64,000 bases of DNA from Phaeosaccion multiseriatum (Eukaryota; Protista; Ochrophyta, other classes): assembly GCA_965112735.1 (NCBI GenBank), contig OZ218953.1, positions 2,728,001 to 2,792,000 on the forward strand, written 5' to 3'. A program made the position numbers and the translations under genes. The notes under the pieces are model-generated. The model made no database searches. It was not told the origin of the DNA and saw only the letters and a program-made list of their open reading frames with translations. This document shows positions 13,308-23,964 of this stretch, piece after piece. The first letter of the stretch is position 1. The number at the start of each line of letters is the position of its first letter.

Positions 13308-14208
13308 TGGGCACAGCCAAGCCCCGCCCCCTGTGTGCAAGCTCCGTTTCGTGGGTGGTGACTTGATGGGTGGGGAGGAGGGCGGTGATCACACCTTCCC
13401 CTGCCTTGGGCCCAGCGACAAGGAGGGGGGCCGCGGCTGGTCCTCAGAGGCAGTGCGAATTGGCGTGACTCTGCGGGCACCGGACGAGGCAGGCCGCTAC
13501 ATTGGCTACTGGCGACTAGAGGACGAGCGCCGCGAGCTCTTTGGACAGCAGCTGTGGGTGGACATTACGGTGGTGGATGTGAATGCCCATGACAATGGCA
13601 ACGACGTTGACGCCGCTGTGAGCAGCGCTGCCGCCGAGTTGGATGACTGGGTGGATGTGGAGAAGTCGCCGTCTGTCACGGCCGCAGGGGAGGGGGACGG
13701 AGATGGAGCGGGGGTCGGAGGCGAAGGCGGTGCCGCGGCTCCTCAGGAGGAGGTGGTGCTGAAGGAAGAGCAGAATCAGGATGCTACTCCTGCCCAGGAG
13801 GAGGTGGTGGTAAAGGAGCACGATCAGGATGATGCTGCTGCTGCTCCTGCTCCTGCTCCTCCTTCTGCTCCCTCTGCTCCTGCTCCTCCTTCTGCTCCCT
13901 CTGCTCCTGCTCCTCCTTCTGCTCCCTCTGCTCCTGCCCCTCCTTCTGCCCCCTCTGCTCCTGCTGCGGCTGAAGCTGTAGTTGACAGGGCTGTCGAAGC
14001 CGCTGCCCAAGTCGCAACGGCCGCCAGGGAAGACTTGCTGGTCAAGTGGGCCGACGATATTGAGGAGCTGTGCGATATGGGCTTTGGGGAGGTGCCGCGC
14101 ATTGCTTCCCTGCTGGAGAAGCACTTGCGAGGGACGGAGGGACATCACGAGACGTCCCAAGAGAGGCAGGCAGGGCTGGCGAGGGTGGTGGAGGAGTTGT
14201 GCTCGTGA
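10723..14208 (+). CDS. NBR1: NBR1-like selective autophagy receptor (PB1-ZZ-FW/NBR1-LIR-UBA); exons 10723-10764 and 11059-14208
   Basis: PB1 (IVKASCDGE|LRRL...DADGDELTLRTDDEL), ZZ zinc finger ([33 protein letters not shown]), FW domain (FVKDDTVPDGT...FRKVW...GRYIGYWRL...FGQQLWVDI) and C-terminal UBA (LCDMGF). Confidence 0.92.
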
Positions 14209-15020
14209 AGAGAGGGAGGAAGGGAAAGGTCAGCCGGGTATGAGACGTGGAGGAGCGGTGCGGGAAGGCACAAAGATGTAACAGTTACAGACGTGTTATA
14301 TTTTATTTTAGGGAGAAGGTTGTATTGTATTGTAGGACGTCGAAGAGAAAGCGTGGAAAAGGCCGAGGTTGAATGGGGGGGAAGTGCGAATGTTTGTATG
14401 TGTATCAAAGAAGAGGGAGCGGTGCTGTGTGTGGTGCCCATTACATTCCGTGGTGAAGCACGAGAAAATGAATGGAGTAAGGTAAGGCACCACAGCAGAT
14501 AATATATGGATGGAAATACGAGTAGTGGCGCTGAGGGGAACAGGGGAGGGAGAGGGTTGGGGAGGGAGAAAGGGCAAGGCCAAGGGCGAGGGCGCGGGGG
14601 AGGGTGGCGCGGTGAATTTGTGCCGGCGGGAATCACAGCCCTCCCTCGAACGAACCCGCCGGTGAAGAAATGGAAGAAACCTTCCGTATGGAGTAGAAGA
14701 TGAGAGCATAAAGCAGCACAGTAAGTAGTAAGTGAAACAATGTACCATAACAAAAGTGTTGAGGGGTCTTGCCGGCCTCTTTTGTCGTCTTCGCTCCTCG
14801 GGCAATCGCGTTGATCGATACGCCTGAGGCAATTTGATAGTTTTCACATCGCCGCACGACCCCGTCACGCACCCGAAGCACTTGATTTTGTCGTCAGAGC
14901 TGAGAGCCTTCCTCGATGGACCACCCTACAACACATACCTCCAACAGGAGAGTTGAAGTTTTGAGTACTTATGTTTGTCACGGATAAAATATATTCATCA
15001 GCTACAATGGGATGCTTTCG

Positions 15021-15198
15021 CTATTCGTGGCCTGCGTCTTGCCCCCCAACAGCAGCCCCCTCCGTCCCCTCCTCCTCCCCCCCTTGCCCGTCTCTGCTCT
15101 GCTCCGACTTGTCCGCTAGGGCGCCCAGCAGCTCCCCCATCTGAAGACAGAGGCGTGTGATAAGACACACACAGAGAGAGAGACAGACAGAGACACAC

Positions 15199-15233
<35 letters not shown>

Positions 15234-18197
15234 GGCAGACCGACAGAGAGAGGGAAAGGGAGAGAGAGAGGGAAAGGGAGAGAGAGAGGGAAAGAGTGAG
15301 AGGGAGGGAGGGAAAGGGTGAGAGAGAGGGAAGGAGTGAAAAGTGAGAAAGGCAGAGGACAGAGAAGAGAGAAGAAGACAGAGGTGTGTGATGGAGAGAG
15401 GGAAAGAAAGGAGGAGTACGAGGGATACACAACAGAGAGAGAGAGAGCGAGCGAGAGAGAGTGTTGTCATCCCCAACACACCTCGCTGCTTTCGTCGACA
15501 TAGAAGGTGGCGTGTGTGGGCTTCTTGCCGACTGTACACATGTACAGCCGCGCGTTGTCAGCCTCAGCGCGCACCCGTTCCGCCAGCTCAGGCTTGTCCG
15601 TGCTGAAAGCGAGAGAGGGGGGCAGGGTGATTGGTTGGTTGGTTGGTTGGTTGGTGGGTTGATAGCCACAGGCAGAGAGACAGGCAGGGAGAGAGGCATA
15701 CGATGGAGAGAGGGAAAGAAAGGAGGAGGAATAAAAGCTAGATCAGGCAATTGTATTGTAAGACGGGAAACACACACACACACACACACAGCGCGAGCTC
15801 ATGATTGGCATTGACCGGTGCCATTGATAAGAAACTGCCCAAAGGAAGTCCAAGTCACTCACATGGCGGAGTCCACGCTGGCGAGGAAGGAGTAGATGGA
15901 CGTGAACATGAGCTCGTCTGAGATGTCGTCCCCCACGCACAGCACGAAGTCTGGGTAGTGGCCCGTCTGCGTGAACATCTGTGGGGGGCGGGATGTACGT
16001 GTGTGTACGTGTGTGTATGTATGTATGTATGTGTGTGTATGTGTGTGCGCGAGTGAGTGAGTGGGTGAGTTAGTGAGTGGTTGTGTGTGTGTTTGCGTGC
16101 GTGTGTGTATGCTTGCGTGCGACATGCGTTACGTCACGCGAATGCAAGGGAAAAGGGGCCCTTCCTCCCTCCCTCCCTCCCTTCCTCCCTCCGTCCCTCC
16201 GTCCGTCCCTCGCTCCCTCCTACCTGCTGCAGAATGGTCTTGGTGACGACACCCTTGTGCAGCCTCTTGGGCACCACCTCAATCTGTCCCCTCACGTGTT
16301 GCACCTTCACATCAAACGCCGCCAGAGCCACCTACGGAGGTGGACGAAGGGAAAGGGCAAGGAGGGGAAGGAGAACGGGAGGAGGGGAGGGAGGGAGCGG
16401 GGTCGGAAGAGAGCGTGTTACTAAATTTCGCTCATTCATCACAGCGCCTCTCTTGCGGGACAAGCAGTAGACCACCTCCCATCCCTCTCCTCTCCTCTCC
16501 TCTCCCCTCCTCTCCTCTCCTCTCCCCTCCTCTCCTCTCCTCTCCTCTCCTCTCCTCTCCCCTCCCCTCCCCTCCCCTCCCCTCCCCTCCCCTCCCTTCC
16601 CCTCCCCTCCTGCCCTCTTCTCCCGTCCGTACCTGCAGCTCCACTTGCAGCTGCTTGGCCTGCATCTGTCCCCACTCCGGGTCCGTGGCGTAGTAGCTCC
16701 AGGCCAGCCCTGTCTCCCTAGACTTGATGCTGCTGCCGTTGGTGTGGGCCGTGAACTTGCCAAGGATGGGCATGGCCACAGTGGTAACAGCTCCCCAGTC
16801 CACCCCGTAATCGAATACCTCCCACTTACGGTCCTCCATGTTGGCTGTTTGGGTGAAGGTGTGTTGTGTTGGGTTGTGTTGCGTTGAGAGAGAGAGAGAG
16901 AGAGAGAGGGTGGGGAACGGCAGGGACGGCAAAAGCGGTGGCGGTAGCGGCGGTCGAGGACGGAAGATGCAGTAAGCAAGCAAGCACGAAAGGAAAGGAC
17001 GTCCAGAGCGAGTGAGGTGACTCAGAATCGCATACCCTACACCTTCCTCCCCCCATCCCCCCTTCCTCTTCCTGACATAGCGTTTTCAGGTTTCAGTTTG
17101 TATGACCTTATATCACTGGAAGCTTCTGTGCCTACATAGCGAAAATTAATCAGCGGCCAGCCCCTAATGGATAGCCAATAAGCCATTGATTAGGGGTCTA
17201 CTAAACTGAAACTGAAACTATGTATCGTTGGGTAGGGGGCTAAAAAACTGAAACTGAAACTGAAATGGACAAACTTACATGTTGGTCCGCTCTCTGGCCA
17301 TGAGAAGGAGAGTCCGTTGTTTGCCGCCAGCCCGAGGCCCTCCACCTCCCCCAGCGTCTCCAGCAGGCCCTTCTCGTGCACCCCGGAGATGACGAACACC
17401 GTGTTGAGGGGATCTGCACACACAGTCTCCAGGGATGCCATCAGCTCTGTAGGGGGGGGGGGGAGAGGGGAGGGAGGTGGGGAGGAAGGGAGGGAGGGAC
17501 GGACGGACGGAGGGAGGGAGGGAGGGAGGGAGGGGAGAGTCGGTACGACGCATGAGGACAAGAGAGCTCGGTACAGCAAGAGACAGTGGCAACGCGTTGA
17601 GGGCAAAGGGTGTGTCCGATCGATGTTACGCCGCCGCCCGAACGTCTTTCTCGCAATCTAGCTCCCTCCCTCCCCTCCCTCCCTCCCTCCCCTCCCTCCC
17701 TCCCCTCCCTCCCTCCCTCCCTCCCCTCCCTCCCTCCCCTCCCTCCCTCCCTCCCTCCCCCCCATACTCACCCGGCGGTAGTCTCCTGCCCGTGACGCTC
17801 TGCATATCCCTCTTGAGGTACTTGGCGAGCCCCTCTTTCTCCAGCAAGGTGCCTCCGTAGTCGAAGAGGAGCACGCGCCGCTTGGAATGGCTGTACGCCT
17901 CCGCCACACTAAAAGTAAGAGCAGCAGTTGGTGGTACAAAGTCACGTGAGTCAGTTGGTCATACCGCCACAGCAGTCGGTCACACCTTACTTACTATTAC
18001 GTACTAACCTGTGGATGGGCAGGGGCTTGAACCCCTTCATGCTCATGTCGTGTTTGAGGTCCCCCCCCAGCGTGAGGATAGTGGTGTCGTCGATGTGCGT
18101 CACGTCGTTCTCCCCAAGCATCGTCCACATGTCGCTGAGCACCTACAGGTGTGTGTGCGTGTGTGTGTGTGTGTGTGCGTGTGTGTGTGCGTGTGCG

Positions 18198-18275
<78 letters not shown>

Positions 18276-19063
18276 CGTGTGTGTGTGTGTGTGTGCGTGT
18301 GTGTGTGCGTGTGCGTGTGTGTGTGCGTGTGTTTGTGTGCGTGTGCGTGCGTGTGTGCGTGTGCGTAAGAGAGAGAGCGCTTAGAGAACCTAAAGAGATG
18401 CTACTCCCTCCCCTCAAAATCAGAGAAATGAATTCGTTCCAAACCTTTTCCCCCACCCACTCCCTTACCCATTCCGACCCTCCCCCACCCCCCCCCACAC
18501 ACCTACCTGACTCGTCCACTCTGCGCTCGGCCTGGAAGAGATGTAGGGCAAGTCCCTCGCCCTCCTGCCCGCCTTCTCCATCGGGTCCATGGTTAGAGCC
18601 TGATCCAGCGACGTCGCCACTCTCTGCACATCAAAGGGGTTGATGCGGATGGCACCGTTGCAAAGGGAAGAGCAGGCCGAGAACTCGCTCGCCAGCACCA
18701 CCCCGGGGGGGAGGGGGTCCCTCCGCGCGAAAATGTACTCCAGCGGGATGAAGTTCAGCCCCTCTCTCACCGAGCTCACCTATTTGTTTTGTTTTTGCGG
18801 GTGGGAGCGGGGTGGGGTGGTGGGTGGATGGGGTGGGGGCAAGCTACGACAAAACAAGGGGAATAAACAAAAGGAGTAAAAGCATCCCCGCCCCCACACA
18901 AACACACACACGCACACACCCACACACGCACACACACACCCACACTCACTCACCACGAGGAGGTCTGCGCACTTGTACTGCGCGAGCCTGGCAGCCAGAG
19001 GCAAGCTTCCCCCCTTGACAAAGCGAAGGTCCACAACCTCCTTGCCGTATCTGCGCATGATGG

Positions 19064-19094
<31 letters not shown>

Positions 19095-19568
19095 AGCAAG
19101 CCATAGGACAGGGACAAACGAGGGAAGAGAGGAGACAGGGAGAGAGCGCGTGTGTGAGAGAAGAGAGAGAGAGAGAGAGAGACAGAGGGAGAGAGAGGAG
19201 AGTGAGTGAGTGAGTGAGTGAGTGAAGGGAAGCCCCTCATACCTGGCCGTGATGCGCTGCGCGAACTGCTCAATCTCCACCGCGGAGTGCGTCTCGTCCT
19301 CCAGGCGAGTCATGGGACGCAAGCACGTCTGCACCAGCACCTGCAGCGAAAAGAGTGACAGAGCGCACATCATTATTAGCTCCAGATAAAACGAATGCTG
19401 CAGACTTGCCTAAGAAAAGGGCTCTCTCTCGCTTGCCTAAGAAAAGGGATCACACTATATTTTTGTAGCGGTATATAAGGAGTCATTGGCTCGCTATAAA
19501 CCATTCAGCGCTGAATGGTTTATAGCGAGCCAATGACTCCTTCTATACCGCTACAAAAACATGCACAG

Positions 19569-19624
<56 letters not shown>

Positions 19625-20375
19625 TGTTATTCTATGTGTGTGCGTATGTTCCTCCCTCCCTCCCTCCCTCCCTCCCTCCTCGCCCTCCTCTCCCTCCCTA
19701 AAGTGCTTACACGACTCCCTCCCTCCCTCCCTCTCTCACTCTCTTCCTTCCTCCACTCACCACTTTGTCTCGCCACGTCGGATACTCCGCTAGCAGCCTC
19801 TCAAAGGCCAAGAGCTTCAAGTTGATGCCCGACAGCTTCTGACACACGTCAATGCCCAAGATGATGATGCGATTGCCGTGTTTGGTGCGCAGGTCCTGCC
19901 TCGCCTGCTCCGTCTCGGGCAGCTCGAGGGCCCTCTCGATCATGGGGGGTTCGATTCCCACGTGGCTCATGACTACCATGACGATTTTGCGGTCGTACTC
20001 CACTCCGATGAGCCCTGTGACGAGTCCGTCATAGTTCAGAGATTAAGTTACCGAGAGGGGAGGGATGAGGGAGAGAGGGGAAGAGGAAGCTGTAGGCAAT
20101 AATCGTCAGTAGCGTTACGTCTTCATCCTCCCCCCCCCTGCTGCTGCTGCTGCTGCTGTGTCACCAACTACTGCTGTATCACAAGTGCTTGCCAGTCCCC
20201 CTCCCTCCCTCCCTCCCTCCCTCACTCACTCACTCACTCACCCCCCTTGATGCTCTGGTAGCTGAGGCCCAGCAGGCGCTTGCAGGCGTTGAGGAAGTGC
20301 CTGGCGTGGTCGAAGGCGTGGAAGCCCACCACCGTGGCGCTCAACATGCCCTGACACACAAGCAGACCAAAGATG

Positions 20376-20450
<75 letters not shown>

Positions 20451-21037
20451 GCGTAAAAAAATGAGCGCTTTCCAACGATATTCGAGCCCGGCTGCGTCCG
20501 TTCCTTTGGGGGGGTGTCTTTTCCTCCTTTGTGCGGTGAGTGCTTAACCCCAACCAACCAACCCAAAAAACCCACCCACCCAACTCCAACCTCACCCCAC
20601 CCACCCCACCCCACCCCACCCCACCCCACCTGAAGCAGTTCCTCCCCATTGGCCAGGGCCCGGAAGATCTGACTCGTCGGGAAGGGAATGTGCAAAAAGA
20701 ACACGGCGTGGGACCGAGGCCTCTTCTGCTCCTTTTGGAAGTCGCCAAGCATCTTGGGCAGGAGGGCAAGGTGATAATCGTGCACCCACATCACGTCCTG
20801 GGCCTTGAGCACGCCGCCCATGTGGTTGGCAAACTCTTGGTTGAGAGTTTGGTAATCTTTCCACCACCCCGTCACGTTGGCTTGGTCCCACGTCAGCATG
20901 GGGTCACTGTCCTCGCCGAACATCCATCTGGTGGAAGGACGTAGGCGCATGGGTAGTTGGGTAGTTGGGTATTTGGGCAGGCCGGTGGCGGCGGGGTAGG
21001 CCGGCAGGGCAGACAAGAGAGAGAGATGAGAGAGGTA

Positions 21038-21078
<41 letters not shown>

Positions 21079-21975
21079 AAGAGAGAGAGAGAGGGAGAGA
21101 GAGAGAGGGAGAGAGAAAGAGAGAGAGAGAGAGAGAGGGAGAGAGAAAGAGAGAGAGAGAGAGGGAGAGAGAGAGAGGGAGAGAGAAAAAGAGAGAGTCG
21201 CCCGAGAGAAGTCCTCCCAGTTACGTTGCTGTTGTTGCTGTTCCCAGTGGCAAAGGGTGGTGGCATGTGATGGGGTGATGAGGTAGAGAGTAGAGAGGAG
21301 CATTCGTCTTCCTCTGAATATTCAAGACTCATTCATTCGTACAAGCATTCTCCCTCTCTTTCCTTCTCTCCCTCCCTCCCTCCCTCCCTCCCTCCCTCCC
21401 TCCCTCGCTCTCTTTTCTCTCTCCCTCCCTCCCTCCCTCCCTCCCTCTCTCCCTCGCTCTCTTTTTTCTCTCCCTCCCTCCGTCCCTCTCTCTCGCTCTC
21501 TTTTTCTCTCCCTCCTTCCCCCCCCCCCTCTCTCTCGCTCTTTTTTCTCTCCCCCTTCCTCCCTCCCTCTCTCCCCCTCTCCCTCGTTCGCTCTCTTTCT
21601 CTCTCTGTCTGTTTTCTCTTTCTTTCTCCCTCCCTCCCTCCCTCCCTCCCTCCCTCCCTCCCTCCCCCTCTCCCTCTCTCTCTCTTCCTTTCTCTCTCCC
21701 TCTCTCTCTGTTCGTATTCATTGCATTGATTCGTACCTGCAGCTCGCCAGGTCTAGCACGTCAACGTTGTGGAAAGCCGGCCAAAGGATCTGCGCACACA
21801 GGGAGTGAGCAAGTGAGTGCCGAGCCAGCTGAGATGCGTCACATGCTTGGGGAGGGTAGAGAGAGAGGGCGAGAGAAAAGGGAGCGGGGGGAGCAGGCGG
21901 GCAAGACATCTCTATCGCCAAGAAAACACACACACTCACACACACACACACACACACTCCCCACCCACACATACA

Positions 21976-22016
<41 letters not shown>

Positions 22017-23058
22017 GTTTGCAGTAGCCGAGGTACGCGCCCTTGAGCATATCTACGGGCAGGAATAACGGCGTGCAGTTCATGGGCTCCAGCAAGCATT
22101 TGATCTCCTCCTGCTCCTCCTCCGTGTAGGGGCTGAAATCCGATGTGGACACCGTGCCTACCCATCTACAGAAGAGATACAGAGGCAAACAACAAGAGCA
22201 GCAGGAGCAGCAGCAGGAAGAAAGACAAAAACCGAGTGAAGAGTGCAGCAAAGATGCAGTCCTGAATTCCTGCTATAGGTCCATGCCGAGACGACGATCA
22301 GCGGCGTGAAGACTACCACATGCTGTACTCTTGCCCCCCCCAGCCCCCCACACTCTCGCCCCTCTCCAGTGTCCCGCGGGACAGCAAGTCAGTGGGTCAG
22401 TCAGCGAGTCAGTCAGTCAGTCAATCAATCAAGCTACTAGTCACCTTGCTGTGAGCTGATCCGAGATGGAGTGCTCCGATTTCGCAATGAGGCTGTGATT
22501 CCACTCCACCTTCCACTTCTTGCCGTCCGCGTCCGGGCTGTCCAGCTTGGTGAGGCGCACAGGCAGGTGAAAGCACACGAGAAACACGCTGCAGTCCTTG
22601 TGGGGCACAGGCTTACGCGCGAGGGCATCGGCGTCCGACATTGCATTGGTCATTTGCCTGTCGTCCCTCTCCTCTGTTTCATCCTCCGTGTCCCCAAACT
22701 GGAAAGAGTCGTGCTTTGTCTGCGATGGGAGGTGGCACTTGACCGACCGAGGCCGCTGCACTGCCTCCCACTTGGTAAAACTACCGCCCTCGAACAATGC
22801 ATACTGGTAGAAGTGGGGCTTGTTGCGGGGCACAATAATGGGCTTGCGGGTTCGCCAAATGGGGTACTCGGTAGGCGTCGTGACCATCTCCAACGACATG
22901 GTGGGATCATTCTTCCCCGCCAGGAAGCTGCTTCCGCTCACATGCACCACCTGCCCGAACTCGGCCTCACAGCGAACTTGGAGGTGGAGGCGGCTGAACA
23001 AGCCTGAGTAGGCATCCTGCTCCTTGTCCATGCCCTTCGCTTGGATGGTGTCAACCAC
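15021..23058 (-). CDS. CBM20 + trehalose-6-phosphate synthase (GT20) + trehalose-phosphatase (HAD) fusion, about 17 exons; 5' end uncertain (ATG 23031 or an upstream exon)
   Basis: CBM20 (VRCEAEFGQVVHVSGS...EYPIW...YQYAL...WE). GT20 motifs: YLGYCKQ-ILWPAFH, WVHDYHLALLP, FFLHIPFPTSQIFR, GFHAFDHARHF, REGLNFIPLEY, LASEFSAC, INPFD. HAD motifs: LLFDYGGTL, VFVISG, VEVVPKRLHKG-like, CVGDDISDE. Confidence 0.93.
17075..17223. mobile_element. Putative AT-rich MITE-like insertion in a TPS intron
   Basis: Imperfect terminal inverted repeats acatagcgttttcaggtttcagttt / aaactgaaactgaaactatgt, plus an internal cccctaat...attagggg hairpin. Confidence 0.45.
18149..18365. repeat. (TG)n microsatellite in a TPS intron
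   Basis: Directly visible. Confidence 0.95.
19460..19559. repeat. 100-bp spacerless palindrome (50-bp arms, 1 mismatch) in a TPS intron
   Basis: tttttgtagcggtatataaggagtcattggctcgctataaaccattcagc|gctgaatggtttatagcgagccaatgactccttctataccgctacaaaaa. Confidence 0.95.
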
Positions 23059-23248
23059 CTATACCCCAGCCGCTGACACCCACGCCACCCGGATTGTGGT
23101 GATGAATGATTTTTGATGTTGTTATCTCTCTGATGCTGGTCTACGCATCACTTAGGCATTTTTCTTGGAATCATCTCTCTCACCCTCGCCAACACAACGA
23201 CAATAAGTCAGCAAATTTTGTGAGTGCGTGCGCGCAAGCCTTTTTCCT

Positions 23249-23486
23249 TCGATTTCCCATGTCCCCCCGATAAGCAGAAGCCAGAGGCGGCCTGCGCAGC
23301 CGAAAGCAAGAAGCCAGGGGCTGGGCCTGCGGCTTCAGAAGCCAGCAGGACAGTAGCGAGACCCCCCGCCAATAAATTTTTGACCTGAGAAGCCTGAAGC
23401 CAGGCCGGCCTGGCCTGCGGCCAGAAGCCAGCGCCGGCCTACGGCCCAGAAGCCCGGAGCCAGAGAAACCTCGCATGGGGCCGAAT
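23249..23486. mobile_element. Possible non-autonomous element with reiterated agaagccag/ggcctgcg units between kinesin and TPS
   Basis: About 7 copies of (c)agaagcc(ag). The ends ttcgatttcccatg / catggggccgaa are loosely inverted. Confidence 0.35.
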
Positions 23487-23541
23487 TCACTTGACCATAC
23501 TGGGAGAAGTCGAAGGGCTGTCAAAGACGGTATTGCTCTAT

Positions 23542-23932
23542 TCACTTGACCTTGCTGGGAGAAGTTGAAGGGCTGTCAAAGATGGACATGTTAGACAGGT
23601 ACTCGTTCTCGCACAGCTTGTTGAAGCTAAAGAGGCGAGGCTGCTGCCACTCCGGCGCCTCGTAGGAGGTCTCTCTCAGCCCACGCCCTGACCCTGACCC
23701 TGACCCTGACCCTGGCCCTGACCCTGACCCCAACCCTGGTCCCGACCACCCTCTTGCTGGTGCCGATGGCCCAGCCCCTGACCACTGCCCTGACCATTGC
23801 GAGGAGCGCACTCCTCTACCTGTCCTTGCTGCTGCTCTGCTCTTGTCCGATCCATACGCGAGGCCCGAGCTCCCGAATGTGCGACTACGCAGCCTCCGAA
23901 CGTCCTCCTCCTGCTGCTGCTGTATCACCAAC

Positions 23933-23964
<32 letters not shown>

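Noticed and set aside
17928-18643. CVCVCV/THTHTH ORFs as Cys- or His-rich metal-binding proteins
   Set aside because: They are translations of intronic (TG)n. The same applies to the SLTH ORFs at 32399-33089 and 34093-34647.
19945-19965. GGTTCGATTCCC resembling a tRNA T-loop
   Set aside because: It lies inside a TPS exon (HVGIEPPM on the minus strand), the T-stem does not pair, and there is no cloverleaf.
21200-21332. Possible micro-exon or ORF (MSLEYSEEDE...) inside a TPS intron
   Set aside because: The flanking exons splice directly in frame (SCR-WMFG) and no convincing splice sites bound it.
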